A stretch of 64,000 bases of DNA from Candidatus Lustribacter sp. (GTDB lineage Bacteria; Vulcanimicrobiota; Vulcanimicrobiia; Vulcanimicrobiales; Vulcanimicrobiaceae). The stretch lies in NCBI GenBank assembly GCA_965277805.1, contig OZ255842.1, positions 288,001-352,000 on the forward strand, given 5' to 3'. Shown here piece by piece: positions 37,548 to 47,401 of the stretch (its first letter is position 1; each line of letters starts with the position of its first letter). The translations under genes were made by a program, and so were the position numbers. The notes under the pieces were generated by a model. That model made no database searches. It was not told where the DNA came from and was given only the letters and a program-made list of their open reading frames with translations.

Positions 37548-38396
37548 ATGAAACTTCTACGCTGCGGCGACCCCGGCAAAGAGCGGCCTGCGATCCTCGA
37601 TGCCGGCGGTGCGATACGCGACCTCGCCGGTCACGTTCCCGACATCAACGGAGCGGCGCTCGGCGATGTCGGGCTCGCGGCCCTGCGCAAGATCGACCTG
37701 CAATTGCTGCCGGTCATTCCTGCCGGCACGCGCATCGGACCGTGCGTCGGCAACGTCGGCAAGTACGTGTGCATCGGCTTGAACTACGCGGACCACGCGG
37801 CCGAAGCGGGCATGACCCTGCCCAAAGAGCCGACCATTTTCATGAAGGCAACGTCGTCGATCATCGGGCCGAACGACAACGTCGTTTTGCCGAAGGGCGC
37901 GACGCAGGGTGATTGGGAAGTCGAGCTTGGGTTCGTGATCGGGCGCAAGGCGTCGTACGTCGACGAAGCAGAGGCACTCGACTACGTGGCCGGATACTTC
38001 GTCGCAAACGATGTGTCCGAGCGCGACTTCCAAATGAACCACGGCGGACAGTGGACGAAGGGCAAGAGCTGCGATACGTTCGGACCGATCGGTCCGTGGC
38101 TCGTGACGCGCGACGAAGTTCCCGATCCGCAAAAGCTCAATCTGAAACTGTCGGTCAACGGTGCGGTGATGCAGTCGAGTTCGACCGCGCAAATGGTGTT
38201 CGGGGTCGCGAAGATCGTCAGTCACCTGAGCCGATTCATGAGCTTGTATCCCGGCGATATCGTCGCGACCGGAACGCCGTCGGGTGTTGGTTTAGGCCGC
38301 AAGCCGCAAGTGTTTTTGAAAGCCGGCGACCGCATGACCGTCAGCGTCGATGGATTGGGCGAACAGAATCAACTCGTTGTCGCACGCGAAGAATAA
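37548..38396 (+). CDS. Fumarylacetoacetate hydrolase family protein
   Basis: CIGLNYADH, DWEVEL, NDVSERD, KGKSCDTFGP, TGTPSGVG. Confidence 0.93.
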   Translation: MKLLRCGDPGKERPAILDAGGAIRDLAGHVPDINGAALGDVGLAALRKIDLQLLPVIPAGTRIGPCVGNVGKYVCIGLNYADHAAEAGMTLPKEPTIFMKATSSIIGPNDNVVLPKGATQGDWEVELGFVIGRKASYVDEAEALDYVAGYFVANDVSERDFQMNHGGQWTKGKSCDTFGPIGPWLVTRDEVPDPQKLNLKLSVNGAVMQSSSTAQMVFGVAKIVSHLSRFMSLYPGDIVATGTPSGVGLGRKPQVFLKAGDRMTVSVDGLGEQNQLVVAREE

Positions 38397-38546
38397 TGCG
38401 CGTGCAACCCAGCGGGCGAGCGCAGGCCCGCGCATTGCAACTTCGTTAGAGAGTGGACCGAGCGGCACCGATCAAATCGGGTCGTCGTTGTTCTTCAAAG
38501 ACGCGGAAACGCGGGACCGGCCACTCGGGCCGGATGAGGAGCAACC

Positions 38547-38876
38547 ATGAACACATTGATCAAGAACATCGTCATCGGCGCCACCGGGCTCGTGCTCGCA
38601 GCCGCTCCGTTGGCCGCTAGCGCCCAGGGCTATCACGACCAGGGCCGCGACCAGCGCGGCGCTACCTACCAGCGCGGCAGTTCGGACCAGCGCGGCAATT
38701 ATGATCATCGCGATAACCGCGGCGGCTACGGGCGACCGGAGTACCGGTCGGGATATCAGCCGGCCTACGTCAACGGCTACTTCGGCTGGGCTCCGGGCGG
38801 TTTCCAGGGCTACTACTGGAACGGTGGCTGGTATCATCACCGTCGCTGGAACGGAGGCGTGTGGATCTACTTCTAA
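38547..38876 (+). CDS. Small secreted Gly/Tyr/Arg/Trp-rich protein
   Basis: Signal peptide ending ASA-Q; low-complexity DQRG repeats; RBS GAGGAG. Confidence 0.75.
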   Translation: MNTLIKNIVIGATGLVLAAAPLAASAQGYHDQGRDQRGATYQRGSSDQRGNYDHRDNRGGYGRPEYRSGYQPAYVNGYFGWAPGGFQGYYWNGGWYHHRRWNGGVWIYF

Positions 38877-38890
38877 GACACGGACTACGA

Positions 38891-39544
38891 GTGGGTGCGG
38901 CCGGCATGCTCGCGATGCTGCTGGCCACCACGGCACGGGCGCAGGTTGACCTGCGCCCGTCCGTCGTCGAAGTGGAGTGGAATACGCCGGCCGGATACGA
39001 ACGCTGCGCTGCCGTCATCACGGCGCGCCGTCCGCGGGGGCTCGAGGTGTGGACGGCCGGACACTGCGCCGATCACCCGTTTTCGATCGTCCGCTTTTTC
39101 AACGGCTATACGATGTACGGCTCGAGCGTTCGCGTCCTCGCGCACAGCGAGAACGTTGATGCGGCGCAGCTGTTCCTGAACCTCGATGCGGCGCGCGTGA
39201 GGGCTGCCCAACCCGCCGTACGCGCGCGCTCGATTCCGCCGCTCGGCACTACTGTCACGATCATCGGCCATCCGGTGTCGGCCTTACGCGGACCGAACCA
39301 GGGACGCTGGACCGTCACCTACGGGCGCATGGGCGAGACCGAACCCGACCAGCAAAGCGGTGCGCTGGAGTACGAAGTCTATTGCGGCCGCTGCGGTCCC
39401 GGCGACTCGGGTAGCGGCGTGTTCGACGCGAACGGGCACCTTCTCGGCCTTGTCTACGGCGTGACGGAGATCGATAACGTCGCCGGCGGCCGCCTCCCGG
39501 ACGGCCTCTACGCCGACGTCATCGCCGCCGGGGCGCTCCGCTAG
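38891..39544 (+). CDS. Secreted trypsin-like serine protease
   Basis: TAGHC, DAAQL and GDSGSG catalytic triad motifs; start approximate. Confidence 0.85.
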   Translation: MGAAGMLAMLLATTARAQVDLRPSVVEVEWNTPAGYERCAAVITARRPRGLEVWTAGHCADHPFSIVRFFNGYTMYGSSVRVLAHSENVDAAQLFLNLDAARVRAAQPAVRARSIPPLGTTVTIIGHPVSALRGPNQGRWTVTYGRMGETEPDQQSGALEYEVYCGRCGPGDSGSGVFDANGHLLGLVYGVTEIDNVAGGRLPDGLYADVIAAGALR

Positions 39545-39581
39545 CGGGCTAATCTAGCAATTCACGGGAACTGCCCAGATA

Positions 39582-40868
39582 GTGCCTGCGCTTTCCATTT
39601 TCGACGCCCAAATCTTCGCCAGCTTACGACGCCACCGCAACTACCGGCTCTATTTCTCCGGGCAGCTCGTTTCGCAGATCGGGACGTGGCTGCAGAACGC
39701 AGCGCAGGCCTGGCTCGTCCTCGGTATCACGAATTCGCCCGAAGCGGTCGGCGTGCTGAGCTTCTTCCTATATCTGCCGTACGCGATCTTGGGCCTGATC
39801 GGCGGCGCGCTGGCCGACCGCTGGGATCGCCAGCGCATGATCATCATCACGCAGACGCTGATGGCGCTGTGCGCCGCGGCCCTGGCCGTCGTCGCCTACT
39901 TGCACGTCGACAGCATCGCGGTCATCGATACGATCGCGTTCGTGCGCGGCACGGTAATGGCATTCAACAACCCGACCCGCCAAGCGATCATGATCCAACT
40001 CGTCGGCCGTTCCGAGCTGCCCAATGCGATCGCGCTCAACTCGAGCTTGAACAACGCGACGCGCATCATCGGCCCGGCGATCGCGGGCGTCCTGATCTCC
40101 TCGGTCGGCGTGGGCCTCTGCTTCGCGCTCAACGCGGTCAGCTTCGTCGCGGTCATCTTCGCGCTCATGATCATGCGGCGCGATGAGTTCTTCCCGACCG
40201 GCAGCAACACGCGCACGCCGCTGATCAAGTCGATCAAGGACGGCCTCGTCTACGCGCGCCGCACGAAGACCGTTGCGGTCGTGTTGACGATGCTGTTCGT
40301 CATCTCGACCGTCAGCATCAACTTCCAAGTCATTCTGCCGGTCATGGCCAAAAACACGCTGCACGGAACCGCGCAAACGTACGGCTTCATCTGGTCGATG
40401 TTCGGCCTCGGCGCGTTCATCGGCGCCGTCTCCGCCGCTTCGCGCAAACGCGTGTCGCGCCGGCTGCTGCTCTGGGCCGCCGCCGGCTTCGGCCTCGCGC
40501 AACTCGTCGTCGCGACGCAGAACACGGTGGTCGGCGTTTCGATCGCGCTGTTCGTCACCGGCATCTGCTATTCGATCTACACGTCGAGTTCGAATTCGAT
40601 CGTGCAGCTCGCGGTCCCGATGCACTTGCAAGGCCGCATCGCCGGCCTCTACAACTACGTCTTTCTCGCCTCGGGCCCGCTCGGCTCGCTACTAGCCGGT
40701 TGGTTGGCCGAACGAGGCGCGCCGCTAGCGTTCATCGCCGGCGGCGTAGCCGCGGTCGTGATGGCGTTTTTCGGTTATACGCAGCGTCCGTGGCCGATGC
40801 CGACCGGTACGCATCGCCCGCGCCGCCGGCGCCGTAACCAAATCGCGAGTGTGACGCAGCGCGCATAA
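39582..40868 (+). CDS. MFS transporter (MFS_3 type)
   Basis: RNYRLYFSGQLVSQIGTW, GALADRWDR, NAIALNS; multiple TM segments. Confidence 0.9.
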   Translation: MPALSIFDAQIFASLRRHRNYRLYFSGQLVSQIGTWLQNAAQAWLVLGITNSPEAVGVLSFFLYLPYAILGLIGGALADRWDRQRMIIITQTLMALCAAALAVVAYLHVDSIAVIDTIAFVRGTVMAFNNPTRQAIMIQLVGRSELPNAIALNSSLNNATRIIGPAIAGVLISSVGVGLCFALNAVSFVAVIFALMIMRRDEFFPTGSNTRTPLIKSIKDGLVYARRTKTVAVVLTMLFVISTVSINFQVILPVMAKNTLHGTAQTYGFIWSMFGLGAFIGAVSAASRKRVSRRLLLWAAAGFGLAQLVVATQNTVVGVSIALFVTGICYSIYTSSSNSIVQLAVPMHLQGRIAGLYNYVFLASGPLGSLLAGWLAERGAPLAFIAGGVAAVVMAFFGYTQRPWPMPTGTHRPRRRRRNQIASVTQRA

Positions 40869-40922
40869 CCGCGGCGACCGGCGATCGAGCGCAAAATGGA
40901 GGCCGACGTCCGCATCTAACGT

Positions 40923-42302
40923 ATGTGGGGCGTGATGCCCGGTACGATTTCCGAACCGCTTGATTTTGCGCCGACCGGCGCAGCGCTCGCGGCGGCGATC
41001 GGCGAGCTCGAAGAGCTCGGTGCTCGCGGCGGTGGAGCCGTCGATGCACGTGTGCGCGAAAAAGCGCTGCACGCGTTCCTCAACGCGCGGCGCAGAGCGA
41101 TGCCCAAACAGTGGCGCCATGATTACTCCGCGCTGGACTTTGCGGGACTCGAATGGTCGAGCGGCCGCGCGCGCGTGCCGGTGTTGCCGCGCTTCACCGG
41201 GGCCGCCGGCGATGACGCCGGTGACGTGCCGGCGCTCGCCCTCGAGAATGCCGGCGGCCTCGTGCATCTCGGCAGCGCGTATCTCGAACCGGATGAGACG
41301 GCGGGCGATCCGCGCGTCACGCTGCTCGCGCTTGCGGATGCGCGGCGCACGCGACGCGAGCAAGTGGACGCGGTTCACCTCCGCATCGTGTCGCCGGTTG
41401 CCGATCGCTTCACCGCGCTCTCCACGGCATTTCAGAACTGCGGCGCGTACGTCGACGTGCCCGACGGCGTGATCGTGGAAGCGCCGCTGCAGCTGGTGTG
41501 GACGTCGCGGCCGGGCGCGCCGGACGCGGTGTTTCCGCATACCGTCATTCGCGTCGGCGCGGGCGCGCGCGTGACGATCGTCGAGCGTCACATCGGCAGC
41601 ACTGAAGCGCTGATCGCCGGAATCGCGGAAGCCGATCTCGGGCCCGGGGCACGGCTCGATTACGTTGCGATTCAGCAGACCGACGAGGGCGCGCGCATCT
41701 TCATGCACCGCCGCGCGCGCTGTGCGGCCGGCGCAACCATCGCTTGGCACGTCGCCGAGCTGGGCGGCGCGCTCGTGCGCAGCGTCTGCGGCGCGCAACT
41801 CGCCGGTGCGCGCGCGACGGCCGAAACGAACGCGTTTTTCTTCGCCCGCGGTTTCACGCACGTCGACGCCGTCGTCAACGCCGATCACGACGCATCACGG
41901 ACGGAGTCGCGCACGACCGTGCGCAGTGCGGCGGCCGATCGCAGCCGCGGACGCTTTTCCGGCGCGTTGCGCTTCGCCCCGAATGCGACGCGCTGCATCG
42001 CAGCGATGCGCGACGACGGCTTGATCCTCTCGCGCGACGCGTACCTCGACGCCGCGCCTGTGCTGGCGGTTCCGGCCCATCATGTCTGGGCGTCGCACGC
42101 GTCGAACGTCGGATCGCTGGATGAAGAAGAACTGTTCTACGTGCAAACGCGCGGCATCACGCGCCCGATTGCCGAGCGAATGATGTCGCTCGCGTTCTTC
42201 GAACCGGCCATCGCGCGCTTTCCGACCGATGCGATCCGCGACGAAGTGCGGACCGCCCTCGATGCGCGCCTCGACGAAATTCCCGATACTTTCGAGCAGT
42301 AG
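40923..42302 (+). CDS. sufD: SufD/SufB-family Fe-S assembly protein
   Basis: C-terminal ASHASNVGSLDEEELFYVQTRGI; beta-helix segments. Confidence 0.75.
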   Translation: MWGVMPGTISEPLDFAPTGAALAAAIGELEELGARGGGAVDARVREKALHAFLNARRRAMPKQWRHDYSALDFAGLEWSSGRARVPVLPRFTGAAGDDAGDVPALALENAGGLVHLGSAYLEPDETAGDPRVTLLALADARRTRREQVDAVHLRIVSPVADRFTALSTAFQNCGAYVDVPDGVIVEAPLQLVWTSRPGAPDAVFPHTVIRVGAGARVTIVERHIGSTEALIAGIAEADLGPGARLDYVAIQQTDEGARIFMHRRARCAAGATIAWHVAELGGALVRSVCGAQLAGARATAETNAFFFARGFTHVDAVVNADHDASRTESRTTVRSAAADRSRGRFSGALRFAPNATRCIAAMRDDGLILSRDAYLDAAPVLAVPAHHVWASHASNVGSLDEEELFYVQTRGITRPIAERMMSLAFFEPAIARFPTDAIRDEVRTALDARLDEIPDTFEQ

Positions 42303-42308
42303 CGCCGT

Positions 42309-43283
42309 CTACGGCGTGAGCAACAGCTTCCCGGACGTTTTGCGCGATTCGAGCAGCGTGTGGGCTTCGGCCGCCTTCGCGAGCGGCAGCACCGCTTCGA
42401 TGCTGAGTTTGAGCCAGCCCTCGCGCAAGCCGGCGATCAGGAATTCCGCCCGCCGCTCGATGTCCGCGCGTGTGGCGATGAAGTTACCGAGGCTTGCGCC
42501 GCTCACCGTCAGCGCGCGGCCGCTGAGCGCGGCGTTGGGGCTAAACGGGTCGACCGGCCCGCTCGCCGCGCCGTACACCACGATCTGACCGCGCGTGCGG
42601 ACGGCTTCGAGGTCGCCCGGAAACGTCGTCTTCCCGACGGCGTCGAGGATGAGATCGGCGCCCGTACCGCCGGTGATCGTTTTGACGGCGGCGGCAAAGT
42701 TCGTCTCGGTATAGAGGATCACGTCGCGTGCGCCCATGGCCTTCGCCTTCGCGGCCTTTTCCGGCGATGACGTCGTGCCGATCACGTGCGCGCCGAGATG
42801 CGTTGCGATCTGGGTCAACAGCAGGCCGACGCCGCCGGCCACCGCGTGCACGAGGACGATCGTGCCCGGTCCGACCGCACGAAAATCGTGCAGCAAATAG
42901 TGCGCGGTGAAGCCTTGCAGCGGGATTGCGGCAGCTTGCACGAGATCGATCTCGGGCGGCACGGTCACGAGCAACGTCGCGGGCACCGCAACGAACTCGG
43001 CATACGTGCCGTTCGGGCCCATCGCATACATCACGCGATCGCCGGGCTTCACGCCGGTGACGCCTTCGCCGACGCTCTCGACGGTTCCGGAGGCTTCGCC
43101 GCCCGGCGTGAAGGGTAGCGTCGTACCCGCGCGGCGCCCCGCGCGCTGCCCGATGTCCATGAAGTTCACACCGGATGCAGCGACGCGCACGAGCGCTTCG
43201 CCGGCTTTCGGCGTGGGCTGCTCGATGTCGGTGAGCGTGAGAACGTTGGGGCCGCCGAAGGCGGAGACGCGGATGGCTTTCAT
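42309..43283 (-). CDS. NADPH:quinone oxidoreductase (zeta-crystallin/MDR)
   Basis: GVNFMD, PGGEASG, HAVAGGVG, GKLLL. Confidence 0.92.
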   Translation of the reverse strand: MKAIRVSAFGGPNVLTLTDIEQPTPKAGEALVRVAASGVNFMDIGQRAGRRAGTTLPFTPGGEASGTVESVGEGVTGVKPGDRVMYAMGPNGTYAEFVAVPATLLVTVPPEIDLVQAAAIPLQGFTAHYLLHDFRAVGPGTIVLVHAVAGGVGLLLTQIATHLGAHVIGTTSSPEKAAKAKAMGARDVILYTETNFAAAVKTITGGTGADLILDAVGKTTFPGDLEAVRTRGQIVVYGAASGPVDPFSPNAALSGRALTVSGASLGNFIATRADIERRAEFLIAGLREGWLKLSIEAVLPLAKAAEAHTLLESRKTSGKLLLTP

Positions 43284-43337
43284 GCTTCGCTTGCGACAGT
43301 CCGAGTGTTCGGTCGAGTTGCGGCGAAGGCAACGCCG

Positions 43338-44336
43338 ATGGTACGCGGGCGGCAGTTCGAAGCGGAGATCCGGGAACAGCCCGTCGTGTTGGCCCGGCTT
43401 GCCGCAACGCAGGCGGCGGTGCAGCTCGATGCCGCGATCGGCAACCGCGATCCGCTCTTCGTCGGCAGCGGCAGCAGCTTGTTCGTGGCCCAACTCGCGG
43501 CGGTCGCCTGGCGGCGCATCGGTCGCCGCGCCGGCGCGCTGGCCGCAACCGAGGCGCACTTTCAAGCGGCGGCGCATCGCGAACGTTGCGTCGTCGCGCT
43601 CTCGCAGAGCGGCCGCAGCGCCGACGTGCTCGACGCGCTCGACGCGCTCGCGCCGTCGCGCATCATCGCGCTGACCAACGATCCAACCTCGCCGCTCGCG
43701 GCGCGCGCCGATCTGACGATCGACGTTCAGGCCGGGCCCGAACGCGCGGTGCCCGCCAGCAAGAGCGTGACCGCAATGGCCGCGCTACTGCTGTGGGCGG
43801 CGGCGCACGGCCGCGGCGGCGATACGGCGGCAGCGGACGAACTCGCGCGCGCCGCGGCCGGCATCGGCACGTGGCTCGAGGGTGCGGGCTTCGCGCAAGT
43901 CGACGGCATCGCGCTGCGCCTCGAACCGGCGCAGAGCATCATCGTCATCGGCGCAGGTTACGGCGTGCCGGTTGCGGCCGAAGTCGCGCTGAAGATCAAA
44001 GAAGCGTCATACCGTCACGCGGAATGTTTCGGTGCCGGCGAATTTCGTCACGGCAGCACGGCGATTCTCGATGCGACGCGCGGCCTGATCGGCATCGTCG
44101 ACGCCGAGTCGCGCTCGGCCGTCGGCGCGGTGCTTACCGTCGCGCGAGATGCGCAGGCGATCACGGTCGCGCTGGGCGAGGCATTGCCGGATGTCCCTGC
44201 CTTCGGTCCGCCGGCGAGCGGGATCTTCGCCCCGCTCGCGTGGATTGTGGGCGGGCAAGTCTTGGCTCTCACGCTCGCGCGGCGTGCGGGCATCGACAGC
44301 GACACCCCGCGCGGTTTGCGCAAATTCTTAGGATGA
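43338..44336 (+). CDS. SIS-domain sugar-phosphate isomerase/deaminase (GlmS C-terminal-like)
   Basis: EIREQP, GSGSS, SQSGRS, EVALKIKE, EFRHG, PRGLRK. Confidence 0.88.
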   Translation: MVRGRQFEAEIREQPVVLARLAATQAAVQLDAAIGNRDPLFVGSGSSLFVAQLAAVAWRRIGRRAGALAATEAHFQAAAHRERCVVALSQSGRSADVLDALDALAPSRIIALTNDPTSPLAARADLTIDVQAGPERAVPASKSVTAMAALLLWAAAHGRGGDTAAADELARAAAGIGTWLEGAGFAQVDGIALRLEPAQSIIVIGAGYGVPVAAEVALKIKEASYRHAECFGAGEFRHGSTAILDATRGLIGIVDAESRSAVGAVLTVARDAQAITVALGEALPDVPAFGPPASGIFAPLAWIVGGQVLALTLARRAGIDSDTPRGLRKFLG

Positions 44337-44340
44337 GGAC

Positions 44341-44958
44341 ATGACGAAGATAGCGGTGATCTACTACAGCTCGACCGGCAACGCGTACAAGGTCGCGCAA
44401 AGCATCGAAGCGGGCGCGCAGTCGGCCGGCGCGGAGGTGCGCTTGCGCAAGGTGCGCGAGCTCGCGCCGGATGAGGCGATCGCCTCGAACAAGGGCTGGG
44501 AACAACATCGCGTCGCGACGCAGCACGTGACCGAAGCGGCACTGGACGATCTGGAATGGGCAGACGGCTTCGCATTCGGCACGCCGACGCGCTTCGGCGC
44601 GATGTCGGCGCAGCTCAAGCAGTTTCTCGACACCAGCGGCGGCCTCTGGATGAAGGGCCTGCTGCAAGACAAAGCGGCCACCGCATTCGTGGGCGCCTCG
44701 TATCCGCACGGCGGCCAAGAGACGACCTTGATGACGATCTACAACATGATGTATCACTGGGGCGCGATCATCGTACCGCCGAGTTACACCGATCCGGTGA
44801 TCGGTAAGGGCGGTGGGAATCCTTACGGCACGAGCTACACCGATCCGCGCGGCGGCGAGCTGCCGGCCGAAGTGCTCGCGGCGGCGCACTACCAAGGCGT
44901 GCGCTTGACGCGCTATGCGACGGTGCTCGCTGCGAACCGCGCGGCGCTGCGCGGCTAG
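44341..44958 (+). CDS. wrbA: NAD(P)H:quinone oxidoreductase, WrbA type
   Basis: YYSSTGN, GTPTRFG, HGGQETT, GNPYG. Confidence 0.92.
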   Translation: MTKIAVIYYSSTGNAYKVAQSIEAGAQSAGAEVRLRKVRELAPDEAIASNKGWEQHRVATQHVTEAALDDLEWADGFAFGTPTRFGAMSAQLKQFLDTSGGLWMKGLLQDKAATAFVGASYPHGGQETTLMTIYNMMYHWGAIIVPPSYTDPVIGKGGGNPYGTSYTDPRGGELPAEVLAAAHYQGVRLTRYATVLAANRAALRG

Positions 44959-46127
44959 ATGCGCAGGCCGCGCTCGGCCAAGAGCGGCTGGACGTGCTCT
45001 GCGAAGAAGTCGAGGTCGGGACCGTAATCGTAGAAGCCGATCTGGATCCCGTCGAAGCCGGCCAGCTTCAGGCGCTCGATCGCATCGGCCACGTCCTGCG
45101 GGCTGCCGGTGATCTGCAAGTGGCCGCCGAGAATGCGGTCCGATGCATCGTGCTGCTTCCAGCCGTGCGCATCGCCGTTCGTATGCCGCGCGTAATAGGC
45201 GCTGATCGAATCGCTGTCGGGGTGGCTTACGATCGCCTCGCGATAGGCCAGCGCTTCGGCGCGCGTCTTCTTGCACACGATCAGCGGGAAGATGATGATC
45301 TTCGGCGCGCGTCCGGTCTTCGCGTAGGCCGCGCGAATCTGCGCGGTGTGCGCGGGCAGCGCGTCGATCGCGCCGTCGAAGTCCGCACCGGCCGGACTCG
45401 ACGTGAACACGATATCCGAATGGTCGGCGGCGTAAGCGAAGCCGGCCGGGGACGCGCTCGCCGAAACGAGGATCGGCCGGCCGTACGCCGGACGCGGCGA
45501 CACGTACGCGCCGTCGAGCTGATAGAAGCGTCCGTTGTAGGTGAGGTTTTCTTCGCCCGCCCAGAGATCTTCCATGATCGATGAGAACTCGTCGGCGCGC
45601 TCGTAACGCTCGTCGTGCTGGATCCGCGTCATGCCGAACATCAGCGGTTCGCGCTGATCGTAGCCGGTGACGATGTTGAGGCCGAAGCGCCCGTGCGAGA
45701 TGTGATCGGCCGTCGCTCCAAAGCGCGCGAGGTGCAGCGGATGCCAATGCCCGTAGAGGATGTGCACGGTCGAGATCGTGATGATCTTCGTCGTAAGCGC
45801 GCCGATTGCGACGGTCGAGATGAACGGGTCGAGAAAGTTCTCGCGATACCGCATCTCGCCGCCGAAGCCGCCCTTGCCGAGCCATTGCTGTAAGCCGAAG
45901 ACGAAGTCGAAATCGTAACGTTCGGCCGTCAGAGTCAGATCGCGGTTGTAGTCGAATTCCCAGCGCGTGCTGCGCGGCAGCGTCGATTGCGAAAAGCCAC
46001 CGGTTTGCGTGGGCAAGAACAGCCCGAGCATCATCGGCTGTTTCACCGCTTGGGCGAGCGGGCTTTCCGGGAACGAGAGCGGCGAGCGGGCGCGGTGAAG
46101 TTGGAGTTGATCTTGGTGTGTCGTCAT
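44955..46127 (-). CDS. LLM-class flavin-dependent monooxygenase (SfnG/RutA-like)
   Basis: LFLP..TGG.S.STLP..T.W.FDYN, DHISHGRFGLNIVTG. Confidence 0.85.
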   Translation of the reverse strand: MTTHQDQLQLHRARSPLSFPESPLAQAVKQPMMLGLFLPTQTGGFSQSTLPRSTRWEFDYNRDLTLTAERYDFDFVFGLQQWLGKGGFGGEMRYRENFLDPFISTVAIGALTTKIITISTVHILYGHWHPLHLARFGATADHISHGRFGLNIVTGYDQREPLMFGMTRIQHDERYERADEFSSIMEDLWAGEENLTYNGRFYQLDGAYVSPRPAYGRPILVSASASPAGFAYAADHSDIVFTSSPAGADFDGAIDALPAHTAQIRAAYAKTGRAPKIIIFPLIVCKKTRAEALAYREAIVSHPDSDSISAYYARHTNGDAHGWKQHDASDRILGGHLQITGSPQDVADAIERLKLAGFDGIQIGFYDYGPDLDFFAEHVQPLLAERGLRI

Positions 46128-46594
46128 GTCCGTGTATCCGCTCGTAACTGCCGCAAGAGTGCGGAGCGTTGCGCGCTCGTCGTGGTGTCGGGGTTCGATG
46201 GCCGCGGTGCCGCGCGCACGGCGCGGGTTCGCTCGTCGAGCACCTGCGTGAGGTAGGCGAGCGCCGCAGGCAGCGACGGTGCGCCGTCGTCGAATTGCCA
46301 CGTCGGGTCGATCGAGGTGCGCAAGTAATACCAGCCCTCGCGCTCGAGATGCGCGATGTCGGCGTTCGCATCGTCGCGCAGGCGGTCGCGCGCGAATCCG
46401 CAGATCAGCGCGCACTCGTTCTCGCCTTCGTTGAAGAGATCCAGGGCGAACACGAGATCGCGCTTCCCTTGATACGCGAGCGGCAAATCGCTGAAGATCA
46501 GCGCCACCGGATTGGGCAGCGCCGCGTTGAGCGCGGCATCGAAGGCATGTTCCAGCTCGGCTGTCCCGCGCTCGATGGCGTCGAGCTGCGTCAT
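46124..46594 (-). CDS. Hypothetical protein
   Basis: 156-aa ORF coupled by ATGA overlaps to both neighbours. Confidence 0.6.
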   Translation of the reverse strand: MTQLDAIERGTAELEHAFDAALNAALPNPVALIFSDLPLAYQGKRDLVFALDLFNEGENECALICGFARDRLRDDANADIAHLEREGWYYLRTSIDPTWQFDDGAPSLPAALAYLTQVLDERTRAVRAAPRPSNPDTTTSAQRSALLRQLRADTRT

Positions 46595-47376
46595 CCCAGC
46601 GTGATGGAGAGCATGCCCAGCCCATTGATGCCCGAGCCGTTGCCGCCGACGAGGATCGCCGGCTGCTCGTCGCTGCGCTGCAGCCCGAGGACCGAGAGAA
46701 ACGGCAGGTAGTGGTCGGGGGTCGGGATCGCCAGCTGCGCGTCGGGCCCGAGCTTCTCGTAGGCGATGAGGGCGGCATGATCGCCCGCGTCGAGACGTCG
46801 CATGAGATCGTCGCTGAAGCGCTGCTCCCAGCCGTCCGGTTCGGCCGGCCACGGATTGCGCCCGATCTCCTGATTGTGGATCACGTTGCCGCTGCCCACG
46901 ATGAGGACGCCTTCATCGCGCAAGGGCGCCAAGCGTGCGGCGAGTTCATAATGGAAGGACGGCGGCTGGGTTCGGTCGAGACTCAGTTCCACAACCGGCA
47001 CGTCGGCCGCGGGATAGAAGTTGGCGAGGACGTTCCAGGCGCCGTGATCATAGCCCCAATGCTCGTCCAGGGTGACGGGCACGGGGGCGAGCAGGTCGCG
47101 TACCCGCCGGGCCAGTGCCGGATCGCCGGGCGCCGGGTACTCAAAGGACGAGACCGCGCCCTTGAAGCTGATGAAGTCGTGGTTCGTCCGCGGGCGGGTA
47201 CCGGCGGTTACCCGGGTACCCGAGGTGTACCAATGCGCCGATATCAGGAGTACGGCCCGTGGCCGGACCCGGACCCCGAAGGCGCGCCAGGCATCGGTGA
47301 AGCGATTGCCGCCGAGGGCGTTCTGGGGGCTGCCGTGCCCGATGAAGGCGACGGGAAGGCGAGTTGACCGGTCCAC
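46591..47376 (-). CDS. ygiD: DODA-type (YgiD/LigB) extradiol dioxygenase
   Basis: FIGHGSP, SAHW, DHGAW, GSGNVIHN, PTPDHYLP. Confidence 0.88.
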   Translation of the reverse strand: MDRSTRLPVAFIGHGSPQNALGGNRFTDAWRAFGVRVRPRAVLLISAHWYTSGTRVTAGTRPRTNHDFISFKGAVSSFEYPAPGDPALARRVRDLLAPVPVTLDEHWGYDHGAWNVLANFYPAADVPVVELSLDRTQPPSFHYELAARLAPLRDEGVLIVGSGNVIHNQEIGRNPWPAEPDGWEQRFSDDLMRRLDAGDHAALIAYEKLGPDAQLAIPTPDHYLPFLSVLGLQRSDEQPAILVGGNGSGINGLGMLSITLG

Positions 47377-47393
47377 TTCCAACGTGGTATGCT
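47364..47393 (+). promoter_or_regulatory. Promoter of the cys operon
   Basis: TTGACC(47364-47369)-18 bp-TATGCT(47388-47393) with extended -10 TG; ATG 8 nt downstream. Confidence 0.7.
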
Positions 47394-47401
47394 CCCAAGC
47401 G

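Noticed and set aside
38495-38530. c-di-GMP-I (GEMM) riboswitch suggested by CAAA...GAAA...GGAC
   Set aside because: The flanking CC/GG pairs, GCAAAG and the second stem with its tetraloop receptor are missing.
38630-38730. Short tandem GACCAGCGCGGC-like repeats as a possible CRISPR array or VNTR
   Set aside because: They encode DQRG peptide repeats inside a secreted protein. There are no spacers and no cas genes.
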